25,783 nucleotides of DNA. Origin: a virus. Taxonomy: Duplodnaviria > Caudoviricetes. Location: positions 1-25,783 of IMG/VR virus record IMGVR_UViG_3300046786_000279, one strand, 5' to 3'. The notes under the pieces were generated by a model. That model ran no database searches. It saw nothing but the letters and a program-made list of their open reading frames with translations, and was not told the origin of the DNA. Both the position numbers and the translations under genes were made by a program. Shown in pieces: positions 1 through 8,060 of this stretch (position 1 is its first letter; every line of letters begins with the position of its first letter).

Positions 1-43
1 TTCCAACGGCACGTGATATTGCGTTTACAAATACTGTTGCCAT
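1..43 (-). CDS. 5' end of a small putative virion protein (partial, runs off the left edge)
   Basis: ATG at 43, 3 nt after the stop of 47..277; reads MATVFVNAISRAVG and stays open to the window edge. Not in the ORF track because it is truncated. Confidence 0.6.
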   Translation of the reverse strand, partial: MATVFVNAISRAVG

Positions 44-46
44 ATG

Positions 47-277
47 TTACCCCAATGCAATAGCCATAATAATAGCTTTTTCTGTTGCGATAGACTGAAT
101 TAGTGCATCGCTAGCTCCCCCACCAGAGCCTAAGGCTCCGATAGTTCCGTCTGCTTTTTTATAATACATTGTGCCGTCGTAGTCATTTATTGCTACTTCA
201 CCAAACTGTAAATCTTCTGCAAGCGGTACTTTACCGGGAACTGAGCTTCGTTTAAATTTAATTACTGCGTCTGTCAT
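47..277 (-). CDS. Small tail-fibre-associated protein (Mtd N-terminal-like head, C-terminal AIIMAIALG motif)
   Basis: IKFKRSSVPGKVP...L..GEVAIN..DG.MY.K resembles the N-terminal attachment motif of many phage fibres; SD-like AAGGGA upstream. Confidence 0.6.
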   Translation of the reverse strand: MTDAVIKFKRSSVPGKVPLAEDLQFGEVAINDYDGTMYYKKADGTIGALGSGGGASDALIQSIATEKAIIMAIALG

Positions 278-294
278 GCTAGTTCCCTTTGTTA

Positions 295-1626
295 TTAATA
301 GCTTCCGCCATCAAGTTGTACAAGTTCTACTAAACCGTCAGTTACTGTAAATTGTGTACTAATGAACTTTGATAAGCCTTTAATCAATGTAGTAGCTGTT
401 GGAATAACTGTTTGTGAAACTGCAGTTACCAAACCTTTAGCATTAACTGTTAATGTAGGAACTGTTACGGCATCACCGTATTCGCCAACATCTGAATTAA
501 CTGTTGCTAATGTAAGAGCTGCTGAAACTGCTGAACTACCATCAACACTTGTTAAAGTAGCTGTTGCATCACCAGTTAATGACAAGTTACGTGCTGTTTT
601 CCACTTTGTGGCAGTTGATGCATTACCAACTAATTCAGCATAAACATTTGCTACAGTTAAGTCTTTGTTCATAACCCAGCGATCATCACCACTGTTATAC
701 AAGATTGTAGCAGGCACTGTTGGGCCCATGATTGTCAAACCACCGCCGTCAGCCATTGCTGCTGAGGTGGCATCTTTTGCTAATTCAATGTTTTTGTCGC
801 CGATTGCAACAGTTGTTGAGTTAACAGTTGTTACTGTACCTAAGACTGTTAAGTTACCAGTAATTGAGGCATTACCATCAATGTTGATACTAGTTGCAGT
901 AATGTCATTTGAGTACAAGACTCCGTTTACTGTTACATCATTAAAAGTAACATTTGATGTAGGAGCAAGTGCTTGTGGTAAACTAATTGTAACTGTGTTA
1001 TCTGTAACAGCGGTTGAAACTCCAGTACCGCCAGTAATTGTCAGCGTATCTGTTAACAAGCTAACTGTATCTGTACCAGTATTACCAGCAATTGACAGGT
1101 TAGTAGCAACGCTAACTGTACCTGCTGCTGTAATACGACCTTTTGTGTCAACTGTAAAAGTAGGAATATCGGTTGCACTACCGTAAACACCTGCAGTAAC
1201 ACCAGTGTTTGCAAAGGTAATGGCTGCTGATACATTTGCTGAACCATCAATGGAGGCCAGTGTAGCGGTTGCATCACCAGTTAAACTTAAGTTACGTGGA
1301 TTCAACCATTTGGTAGCAGTATCTGCATTACCAATTAAATCTGCTGTAATACGACGTGCTGCAAAATCACCGTTTGAATCGCGTTTTACTAAAGTGCCAA
1401 TAGTGTTCACATTAGTAGCTGCATCAACCATATCGGTATAACGCTTACCACCGATAATAATATGATTTACTGCATTTCCTGCGGTTTCGGTTCCAAGACC
1501 AATATAAAGCCTATCGCCGCCATTTGATCCGTTATCGGTTAAGCCAGAGTAGGCTAATTCACCTGCGCCTAGTACCCCAGGATTACCTGACGTTTCACTG
1601 CGCTTAATTCTTAAAATAGAAGCCAT
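295..1626 (-). CDS. Putative tail fibre protein
   Basis: 443 aa, Thr/Gly/Ala/Val-rich; N-terminal IKRS...P..L..GELAY motif; GNA.TATK...R.LSLTGD fibre repeats; C-terminal LDGGSY; SD AAGGA upstream. Confidence 0.75.
   Translation of the reverse strand: MASILRIKRSETSGNPGVLGAGELAYSGLTDNGSNGGDRLYIGLGTETAGNAVNHIIIGGKRYTDMVDAATNVNTIGTLVKRDSNGDFAARRITADLIGNADTATKWLNPRNLSLTGDATATLASIDGSANVSAAITFANTGVTAGVYGSATDIPTFTVDTKGRITAAGTVSVATNLSIAGNTGTDTVSLLTDTLTITGGTGVSTAVTDNTVTISLPQALAPTSNVTFNDVTVNGVLYSNDITATSINIDGNASITGNLTVLGTVTTVNSTTVAIGDKNIELAKDATSAAMADGGGLTIMGPTVPATILYNSGDDRWVMNKDLTVANVYAELVGNASTATKWKTARNLSLTGDATATLTSVDGSSAVSAALTLATVNSDVGEYGDAVTVPTLTVNAKGLVTAVSQTVIPTATTLIKGLSKFISTQFTVTDGLVELVQLDGGSY
390..1344 (-). 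repeat. Internal ~80-aa duplication in the 443-aa fibre (copies at about 1100-1344 and 390-639)
   Basis: ADLIGNADTATKWLNPRNLSLTGDATATLASIDGSANVSAAIT...G.YG....PTFTVDTKGRIT versus AELVGNASTATKWKTARNLSLTGDATATLTSVDGSSAVSAALT...G.YG....PTLTVNAKGLVT. Confidence 0.85.
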
Positions 1627-1637
1627 AGCTTATCCTT

Positions 1638-1907
1638 TTAAAACTGACCAGCTTCAAAAATTTGTTTATCCAACAAATTAGTAGCTGTCCACATATTTGT
1701 TGCTGTGTTGTATACCAACACTCCACCATCTTGTAAGTTGGTAATATCTACATCACCCGAGGCTGTAATTGAATTTACGGCAGGAGGAGGTAACATACCA
1801 CTAGTAATAATTCTTGCGGGCTTATCGTCTGTTACAACACGATTTACTACCTGCTCTTGAACAACACTAGTATCTCCGCTTTGAGTCACGATTACTTCAG
1901 TTGTCAT
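1638..1907 (-). CDS. Small fibre-associated virion protein
   Basis: 89 aa with DVDITNLQDGGVLVYN....W motif typical of phage fibre modules; start overlaps the upstream stop (ATGA); SD GGAGGT. Confidence 0.6.
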   Translation of the reverse strand: MTTEVIVTQSGDTSVVQEQVVNRVVTDDKPARIITSGMLPPPAVNSITASGDVDITNLQDGGVLVYNTATNMWTATNLLDKQIFEAGQF

Positions 1908-2794
1908 CGTGTGACCTCCTGTACTAAGGTTAAGTTACCATTAATAAAGGGAATAACATTATTGCCATTGTATAATTCTAGGCTATATACTGCAGTTGCA
2001 AAGTTAAAGTTTTGTGTAACATTTGCTAGTAAAGTAATCTGAATTGTTTTGTTTGTATCATCTAAAACAATTTGATTATTTTGTGTAGTGGCTTCGTGAA
2101 TTACTGTAGTACTATCTACTGATTCACGAATTTGCATACGTGCTGCAAATCCTGTTAGTGGAATAGGTTGATTAAACTCTACAACACCACCGCTTGTGTA
2201 GGTATTATAACCTAAACTATTTACTTGATTAATCGAAATCTTATTTGCTACTGCAGCTTGAGCAGCTGCAATGGCTGCTTGATTTGCTGTAATAGCTGAT
2301 TGCCAAGTATTATATGCATTGATTGCACTATTCAAAATAGGTGGAAAATTAACAGGTATTGCTGGCGAATATTGTTGACTCTGTTGCATTATAAATGCAT
2401 AAGCAGCCTGTATCGTCATTGTGGCCCAAGGTCTAACTGTGGGTGCTACGGCTGCAGCATCTTGATCTCTAGCGTCTAACCATACTTGTAAATTACCAAG
2501 GTAAGCATCCTCTAAAGCCTGCTCATCTTCCAGTGTTGGGGCTGTGTAACTAGCACCAGTAGATAAGTGATATTCTTCACTACTACTATTAATTTCTTTC
2601 ATACCACCTGCACCAACTACACGAAATCTCCAGCCTACTGGCAGGTTATGTGGTGTGGTAGTAGTTATTACACAAGGTGCGGACTTTGCAATAGTCGAGA
2701 TGGGTACATAAACTTTTGTTTCTGATTCCCAACGAAATGTCTCTTGAAAAGTGCTGCCTTGGTAGATTTTATAGTTAATTTTTGCTGGTTGCAT
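1904..2794 (-). CDS. Putative collar/fibre-anchoring protein (T5 p132/BppU-N-like) with internal insertions
   Basis: N-terminal IYQGSTF...F.W and C-terminal P.PLTGFAARMQIR...AVYSLEL...G.LTLVQEVTR match the collar-type beta-sandwich pattern; residues ~30-207 are inserted. Confidence 0.6.
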   Translation of the reverse strand: MQPAKINYKIYQGSTFQETFRWESETKVYVPISTIAKSAPCVITTTTPHNLPVGWRFRVVGAGGMKEINSSSEEYHLSTGASYTAPTLEDEQALEDAYLGNLQVWLDARDQDAAAVAPTVRPWATMTIQAAYAFIMQQSQQYSPAIPVNFPPILNSAINAYNTWQSAITANQAAIAAAQAAVANKISINQVNSLGYNTYTSGGVVEFNQPIPLTGFAARMQIRESVDSTTVIHEATTQNNQIVLDDTNKTIQITLLANVTQNFNFATAVYSLELYNGNNVIPFINGNLTLVQEVTR

Positions 2795-3150
2795 TAGCCC
2801 ACCTTAACCTTTTTAGCTGCAGCTATAGTAGCCGATACTCGGAACTTATTAACTTCTTCAGTTAGTGCAACAACTTCAGTTTGCAGTTGCTGATTCTCTA
2901 CGCATAACTGTGCAAGTTGGCTATTTAATAAAATCATTTCCTGCTGTAAGCGATTTAACTCAGTAGCAAGTAACGAATTCTGTTGGCTCATACGCTCTAG
3001 TTCGGTGTGCATTAAAGTAATAACGCTAGTTTCCGCATGAGTACTTTTCCAGTCTTTTAACAGTTTCTGTATTCCAACTGAGAAAGCAACAACTGCTAAC
3101 GCAACTAGTGAAACTGTCTGAATGAGGCTGTGGTTATCTATCTCCACCAT
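2794..3150 (-). CDS. Single-pass membrane protein with a coiled coil (holin-like candidate, function uncertain)
   Basis: Hydrophobic SLVALAVVAFSVGI segment, heptad-repeat Leu/Gln-rich region and basic C-terminus; strong SD TAAGGAG. Confidence 0.5.
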   Translation of the reverse strand: MVEIDNHSLIQTVSLVALAVVAFSVGIQKLLKDWKSTHAETSVITLMHTELERMSQQNSLLATELNRLQQEMILLNSQLAQLCVENQQLQTEVVALTEEVNKFRVSATIAAAKKVKVG

Positions 3151-3273
3151 AATCAGATCTCCTTATTAGCAGTGGTTGTATATTTAATTATATTCTAATC
3201 GGGAACTCCGCCCTTTAGATCTAGTTAAAAGCTTGTCAAGAAAAAATGCTGACAAACTCTGACAATTTGATAT

Positions 3274-3302
3274 ATTATACCACAAGGGCGGTAACTTGTC
3301 AA
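3274..3302 (-). promoter_or_regulatory. Perfect sigma70-type promoter with extended -10
   Basis: Minus strand TTGACA-AGTTACCGCCCTTGTGG(17 nt)-TATAAT; TG-n-TATAAT. Confidence 0.9.
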
Positions 3303-3305
3303 TGC

Positions 3306-3343
3306 AAAAAAATACCCTGCCCATAAGTTGGGCAGGGTATTTT
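3306..3343 (-). terminator. Rho-independent terminator after the 1452-aa gene
   Basis: AAAATACCCTGCCCA-ACTTA-TGGGCAGGGTATTTTTTT; T-runs on both strands, so possibly bidirectional. Confidence 0.9.
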
Positions 3344-3372
3344 GGCTGTGAAATTTTAAAGTTTTTTATGTT

Positions 3373-6300
3373 TTAAGATATAACATATTCTACAAAGGCT
3401 GAGTCTGTACCACTATTAATACTGCCGTCTGTTGTATAGCGACATTTCACAGTATGGTATCCTGCTGAAATTGGGCCTGAGATAGGTCCGCTAGTATAAT
3501 TACCACTTCCTTTTGCAAACTCAACATTATCAAGATACATGTAACCAAAATCATAGTTTTGTTCACTACTTACAGTTAAATATCCAGTAATTGTAGCAGC
3601 TTGGCTTAAGTAAAAGGTTCGCTGAACATAGGCATCTATACTAGTTCTACCTACTCCTCGGCAGCGTAATCCATCATATGTAGCTGATGGGGTTCCATAT
3701 AGATCTACGTTGCCAGTATCATTAGTAGCCGAACTATAGTTAGTTACTGTAGGGCCTGAAGGTGCTACATATCCGCAATCAGTGCTGTTTGTAGCAATAA
3801 CTTGATTATATGAACCACCACTACCATCAGCATAAGTACCATACTTTGTAGTTCCTGAACAATAAGTACTTAATAAAGTACCAGCTGCAGGATTCGCAGC
3901 AGTTACTGTCCAGGAGACTTGCCGAGTGTGGCCAGTACTAAATAATACGTATAAAGTATGCGAGCCTACAACCTCACCTGCGCCTGCACTAGTATTTGTA
4001 TAACTACCGCTTGAGTTTAAAGTTACAGTACCGCTATAGCTTGTATTATCAACGCTAAAATATACAGTGCTGTTTGGTTCTCCACCACTTATATTGACTG
4101 TTATACCATTTGGATAAGTAACGCTACTTGGAGAAGCAGATAAAGTTTCATTATAAACAACAGGCGTAGTGCTAGTGTCATTTACAGTTGTTTGTCCAAC
4201 ATATCCTACTACGTTATTATAGCCTGAATCTGAATAGAAGAATATCCAAACAGTCTCCTCACCCTCTGTAGTTGCATCATTTCGTAATGTTCTATAAAAA
4301 CTACCAGTATTACTATTAATAGTTATAAAACCTTGATTTGTATAAGCAGTAAAGTCATTAGCATCAGTACTACCATAATTAATCCAGTAAATACGAGTAC
4401 CATCTGGAACATTAGCTGTAGTTGCTGTATAAGTAATAGTTGTGCCTTCATTTACTACACTTAAATCGCGACTAAACGAATAAGTGGGTGCTGGTGCGGT
4501 TACTGTCCATGTAGCTTGTCGATAGTGACCTGTAGCATCGAATCTTAAGTATAAAGTATGTGAGCCTACCGCCTCGGATGGTCCTGCATTTGAGTTTGTA
4601 TAGTTGCCACTAGAATCTAAATCTATGAAACCATCGTAGTTAGTATTATCAAGACTAAAATGTACTCGAGTATTAGGTACGCCGCCTGTAATATATACAG
4701 TGGTAGGGTTAGGGTATACTACACTGGTAGGACTAATTGTAAATACTTCGTTAACATTAGTACTAGTATCATTGATATTTACACTGCTACTATATTCTGC
4801 AATTTGCGTACTATAGTTTGAATCACTGTATAATCTTAATTTGGCTGTTTCGACACCTTCATAAGGTCCAGCATCTGTTTTAATTACACGAGATATAGTT
4901 CCTGTATTACTATTAATAGTTACAGAACTACCATATAAGTTATCATTATAGTCTGAGTTTGTAGTTGTGCCAACCTCTAACCAATATAATACTGTACCAT
5001 TTGGAACATTAGTAGTTGTAATAGTCCAAACAAGCGTATCACCTTCATTTAAAGTAGTAGCACTAGGAGTAATTGTGTATGTTCGTGGGGCTGCGTCTTT
5101 AATAAAGAAACCTTGAGTAGTAAGCATACTACCACCATTTGGTGGGTACCCATCACCATAAAAATCTATTCCACCAAACTCTGATGGTTCAACAGTACCA
5201 TCATCAAGTATAATAAATTGTATTCTATAACGCAAATTTTCTGTTTGAGTTCCAGAAGTAGGAAAGCTAAATGTACCTCGGTCACTTTTAGTTATATTAA
5301 CGTATTGAGGACCGCCAGTTGTTAGATAATCTAGATTTTCATAACGCATGCTGGCGATATCATTTAAACTCATTGGTCCTGCATATGTTCCTAAATCTAT
5401 TCCTGAAAATACCCAATAAAGAGGATGAGCATAATCATACCTAGACGTAATTGTAACAGAGAGTATTTGCCCTTCTTCAGTAAACTGACTGTTTACAGTA
5501 GTAGTATATTCTTCTGGTGGTCTAGAAGTATCATTAATATAGATAGTGCCTATATAGTCCTTTATTTTTGTACCTTGTGGATAGTATAACGCAAAAGTAA
5601 AGTTTTCTAAACCTTCTCGTGATACATCTGCGGTAGGGGTTATACTAAATACTCCTACTCCGCTTTCATTTAAAGTTACCTGATTTAGATTATTATTAGA
5701 ATAATCTTTAAATACAAGATCTGCAGCATCAGCAGTTCCGCCTGTAAAAGCTGGATATAAAGTTGCTCCGGTAGGAATATTAGTAACAACTACTGTCCAA
5801 ACATACTCCTGTCCTTCATTTAGATATACATTGCCACTTGTTTGATTACTAGGATTATAAATAGTTGCATTTGGTGTACCAGTAGAATTATCAATTATAT
5901 CAAAGTCTTTATAAACTGTTGGTATGTTAGTAAGTTCTAGTCTTACACGTTCCGTACCTTCTGTTAAAAAATCCTTGTTAATGACGACAGCACCAGCACC
6001 TGTGCCATTATAGCCACCATTAGCTTGAGCATTACCAACAGATAAATTACTAATAGTAAAGTTACCGCTAGTTGCTTGTACAAAATCTGCAGAAGTTGCT
6101 GTGCTATTAAAATTAAGTCTCCAAGGAATTTGAGTTCCTGCAGCAACATTTTTTGTTAATAACTGAAAAGATACTGATCTAGGATTATTAAGGTAGCTTT
6201 CATAAAATCCTGGTGTTCCATTATTAAGCACATCCCATGCTTCAATAAAGCTTAAGCTATATGCTTTGTCTTCAGTTAAAGAAACTGTGGCGGAAGATAG

Positions 6301-7731
6301 TCCGCTATTAAGACTTAAAGTTAATGTTTCAGTACCTTCAGTTACAAAATCTTCTGCTATAGATATTGCAATAGTTGCAATATTATTTACTACAGTAAAA
6401 TATCCCGTTAACGAATTTGGCATTATAGTAGTACTATTACTAACTACTTGGGATATATCGCTAGCAGTTATATTAGTACCGGATAGTGTATATGCTGCCT
6501 GATAATTACTAGCTACACGTGAAGTTCTTAACGTAAAGGTGATGGTATTAGTAGCAGTATTACTATTAGCTTCGGGCGCAGTTGTTTTATCTACAGAAAT
6601 ATTAAATGTAGATGGCCAGTCACTAGCAGAGTATCCTCTTTCAAGAGGGCCTGCGTCTACAGCTAAGATACTCATTTTATACTGTTGGTTCAGCCAACCA
6701 GTATAAGAATTAGTACCATAATTCCACCAAGTACCACTAGGTATTCCTGGTATAGTATCTCCTAATCCCAAGGACTGAGTACTCTGCCCAGTAACTTTAA
6801 CCGTTCTAGTACGTATTGTACTAGTACTACCTGTGTCTGAACCACTGTCTAAACGCTGTACCATTGTTCGATGAATATCAAAACCACCATAAGTAACTCC
6901 ATCGTAAGGAGCTACTGATTCAGTGTAATAGTATTGGGCTACAGTAGGTATTACGAAAGCAGTATTGCTAGGAGGTGTAGCAGTATTTACAGTAGTTGAT
7001 CTAATATCTGAGCCATTCCAGTCAGGGCCCGCGGTATATGGAGGAGGAGGGACTGCCCAGTCTTGAAAAGAATAACTTTTAAATTGTATATGTAATTTTG
7101 CAGAATCATACATACATTTAGCAGAATCATTAAATACTTGCATACCATAGCCGTTACTAAGTATATTATTGCCTACTTCTTTATTTGCAAAAAAATATAC
7201 CTTTGGTACTGCAGCCTGAAGCTGCTCTGCAGTAGCAGTAGCTAGCCAAGCGTCGGGAACCATGGCAAAAATAGAAACGTACGAATCTCCAGTACCAGGA
7301 GTAGGTAATATATCTATTTTAGGATTATTTAATAAATGTACTGGACCTGCTCCAGCCGTGCTGCTACTTAATTGAGATATACGAGTATCTTGTGTAAAGT
7401 ACCAAACGTTGCTATCATTACTACGAGGCAAAGTATATGCGTAAAAGCAATCGCTAATGTCTGGGGCTATATAACGTAATTCGTAAATACTCCAAGTACC
7501 GTGTGGGTGATATAAATCACTTTGAACATCACTTGGCTGCAAGTTATCTGTTACTGCCTTGCTAAATATGTTAAAGTCGGCGTAGTCTGTAGTTTGGTCT
7601 ACATTTCTATAGTTCATACCAAAGAAATTAGTAGTACCAGCTATTGAACCATTAATATACCAAGGCTTAACATTGGAATCGTCAATAACTAACTCACCAT
7701 TGGTATTTATAAATTTAAAACCGTAACTCAT
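3373..7731 (-). CDS. Large tail-tip/adhesin-like protein with Calx-beta-like and Ig-like repeats (candidate receptor-binding protein)
   Basis: 1452 aa. N-terminal YGFKFIN.NG.LVIDDS and internal YGMQVFND....YDS tip-protein motifs; about six repeats carrying NEG...D..(T)EG.E...I.DTS; Cys-pair module; C-terminal SSE..YD beta-sandwich. Confidence 0.75.
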   Translation of the reverse strand: MSYGFKFINTNGELVIDDSNVKPWYINGSIAGTTNFFGMNYRNVDQTTDYADFNIFSKAVTDNLQPSDVQSDLYHPHGTWSIYELRYIAPDISDCFYAYTLPRSNDSNVWYFTQDTRISQLSSSTAGAGPVHLLNNPKIDILPTPGTGDSYVSIFAMVPDAWLATATAEQLQAAVPKVYFFANKEVGNNILSNGYGMQVFNDSAKCMYDSAKLHIQFKSYSFQDWAVPPPPYTAGPDWNGSDIRSTTVNTATPPSNTAFVIPTVAQYYYTESVAPYDGVTYGGFDIHRTMVQRLDSGSDTGSTSTIRTRTVKVTGQSTQSLGLGDTIPGIPSGTWWNYGTNSYTGWLNQQYKMSILAVDAGPLERGYSASDWPSTFNISVDKTTAPEANSNTATNTITFTLRTSRVASNYQAAYTLSGTNITASDISQVVSNSTTIMPNSLTGYFTVVNNIATIAISIAEDFVTEGTETLTLSLNSGLSSATVSLTEDKAYSLSFIEAWDVLNNGTPGFYESYLNNPRSVSFQLLTKNVAAGTQIPWRLNFNSTATSADFVQATSGNFTISNLSVGNAQANGGYNGTGAGAVVINKDFLTEGTERVRLELTNIPTVYKDFDIIDNSTGTPNATIYNPSNQTSGNVYLNEGQEYVWTVVVTNIPTGATLYPAFTGGTADAADLVFKDYSNNNLNQVTLNESGVGVFSITPTADVSREGLENFTFALYYPQGTKIKDYIGTIYINDTSRPPEEYTTTVNSQFTEEGQILSVTITSRYDYAHPLYWVFSGIDLGTYAGPMSLNDIASMRYENLDYLTTGGPQYVNITKSDRGTFSFPTSGTQTENLRYRIQFIILDDGTVEPSEFGGIDFYGDGYPPNGGSMLTTQGFFIKDAAPRTYTITPSATTLNEGDTLVWTITTTNVPNGTVLYWLEVGTTTNSDYNDNLYGSSVTINSNTGTISRVIKTDAGPYEGVETAKLRLYSDSNYSTQIAEYSSSVNINDTSTNVNEVFTISPTSVVYPNPTTVYITGGVPNTRVHFSLDNTNYDGFIDLDSSGNYTNSNAGPSEAVGSHTLYLRFDATGHYRQATWTVTAPAPTYSFSRDLSVVNEGTTITYTATTANVPDGTRIYWINYGSTDANDFTAYTNQGFITINSNTGSFYRTLRNDATTEGEETVWIFFYSDSGYNNVVGYVGQTTVNDTSTTPVVYNETLSASPSSVTYPNGITVNISGGEPNSTVYFSVDNTSYSGTVTLNSSGSYTNTSAGAGEVVGSHTLYVLFSTGHTRQVSWTVTAANPAAGTLLSTYCSGTTKYGTYADGSGGSYNQVIATNSTDCGYVAPSGPTVTNYSSATNDTGNVDLYGTPSATYDGLRCRGVGRTSIDAYVQRTFYLSQAATITGYLTVSSEQNYDFGYMYLDNVEFAKGSGNYTSGPISGPISAGYHTVKCRYTTDGSINSGTDSAFVEYVIS
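3897..5080 (-). repeat. Tandem duplication of a ~200-aa two-domain unit (period about 600 nt)
   Basis: Also visible in DNA, e.g. ataaagtatgtgagcctac at 4551 vs ataaagtatgcgagcctac at 3951; protein SP.SV.YPN...GG.PN..V.FS.DNT.Y.G...L.SSG.YTN...VGSHTLY..F..GH.RQ..WTVTA occurs twice. Confidence 0.85.
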
Positions 7732-8051
7732 CGTGCTAATACCATTAAAATTGTTCCACGTCTTAGCGATGGTGAAACACTTGGATTAATTTCGCTATAC
7801 TTTATTTGCGGATAGCCACTAGTACCATTATACACAGTTTCGTACCAGTGATCTCCACCATACAGAGTCAGGACTTTTAAATTTAACCCTTGTAAGTTTG
7901 CTTTGCCGCCAGTACCGTCATAAGTAATATAACGAGTACTAGAGCTTCCTGTAACGAATAGTGTTAAAAACTCTACAAACACTCCGGATTCACTGCTTGT
8001 GTCATAGTAGACATCTCCTTGTGAATCAAAAATTTGCATTCCGTATGCCAT
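7728..8051 (-). CDS. Small tail tip protein
   Basis: MAYGMQIFDSQG...YDTS motif typical of the small protein after gpJ in T1/HK97-like tails; SD TAAGGAG; stop overlaps the next start (ATGA). Confidence 0.7.
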   Translation of the reverse strand: MAYGMQIFDSQGDVYYDTSSESGVFVEFLTLFVTGSSSTRYITYDGTGGKANLQGLNLKVLTLYGGDHWYETVYNGTSGYPQIKYSEINPSVSPSLRRGTILMVLAR

Positions 8052-8060
8052 TACTGCTCC

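Noticed and set aside
2246-2548. Intein or intron as the source of the collar insert
   Set aside because: No Cys/Ser...His-Asn splice motifs or homing endonuclease motifs, and the frame is uninterrupted.
3234-3239. Second minus-strand TTGACA as an additional promoter
   Set aside because: No acceptable -10 hexamer at 16-18 nt spacing.
3897-5080. Diversity-generating retroelement TR/VR pair
   Set aside because: Both copies are coding, the differences are not confined to adenines, and no reverse transcriptase is present in the window.
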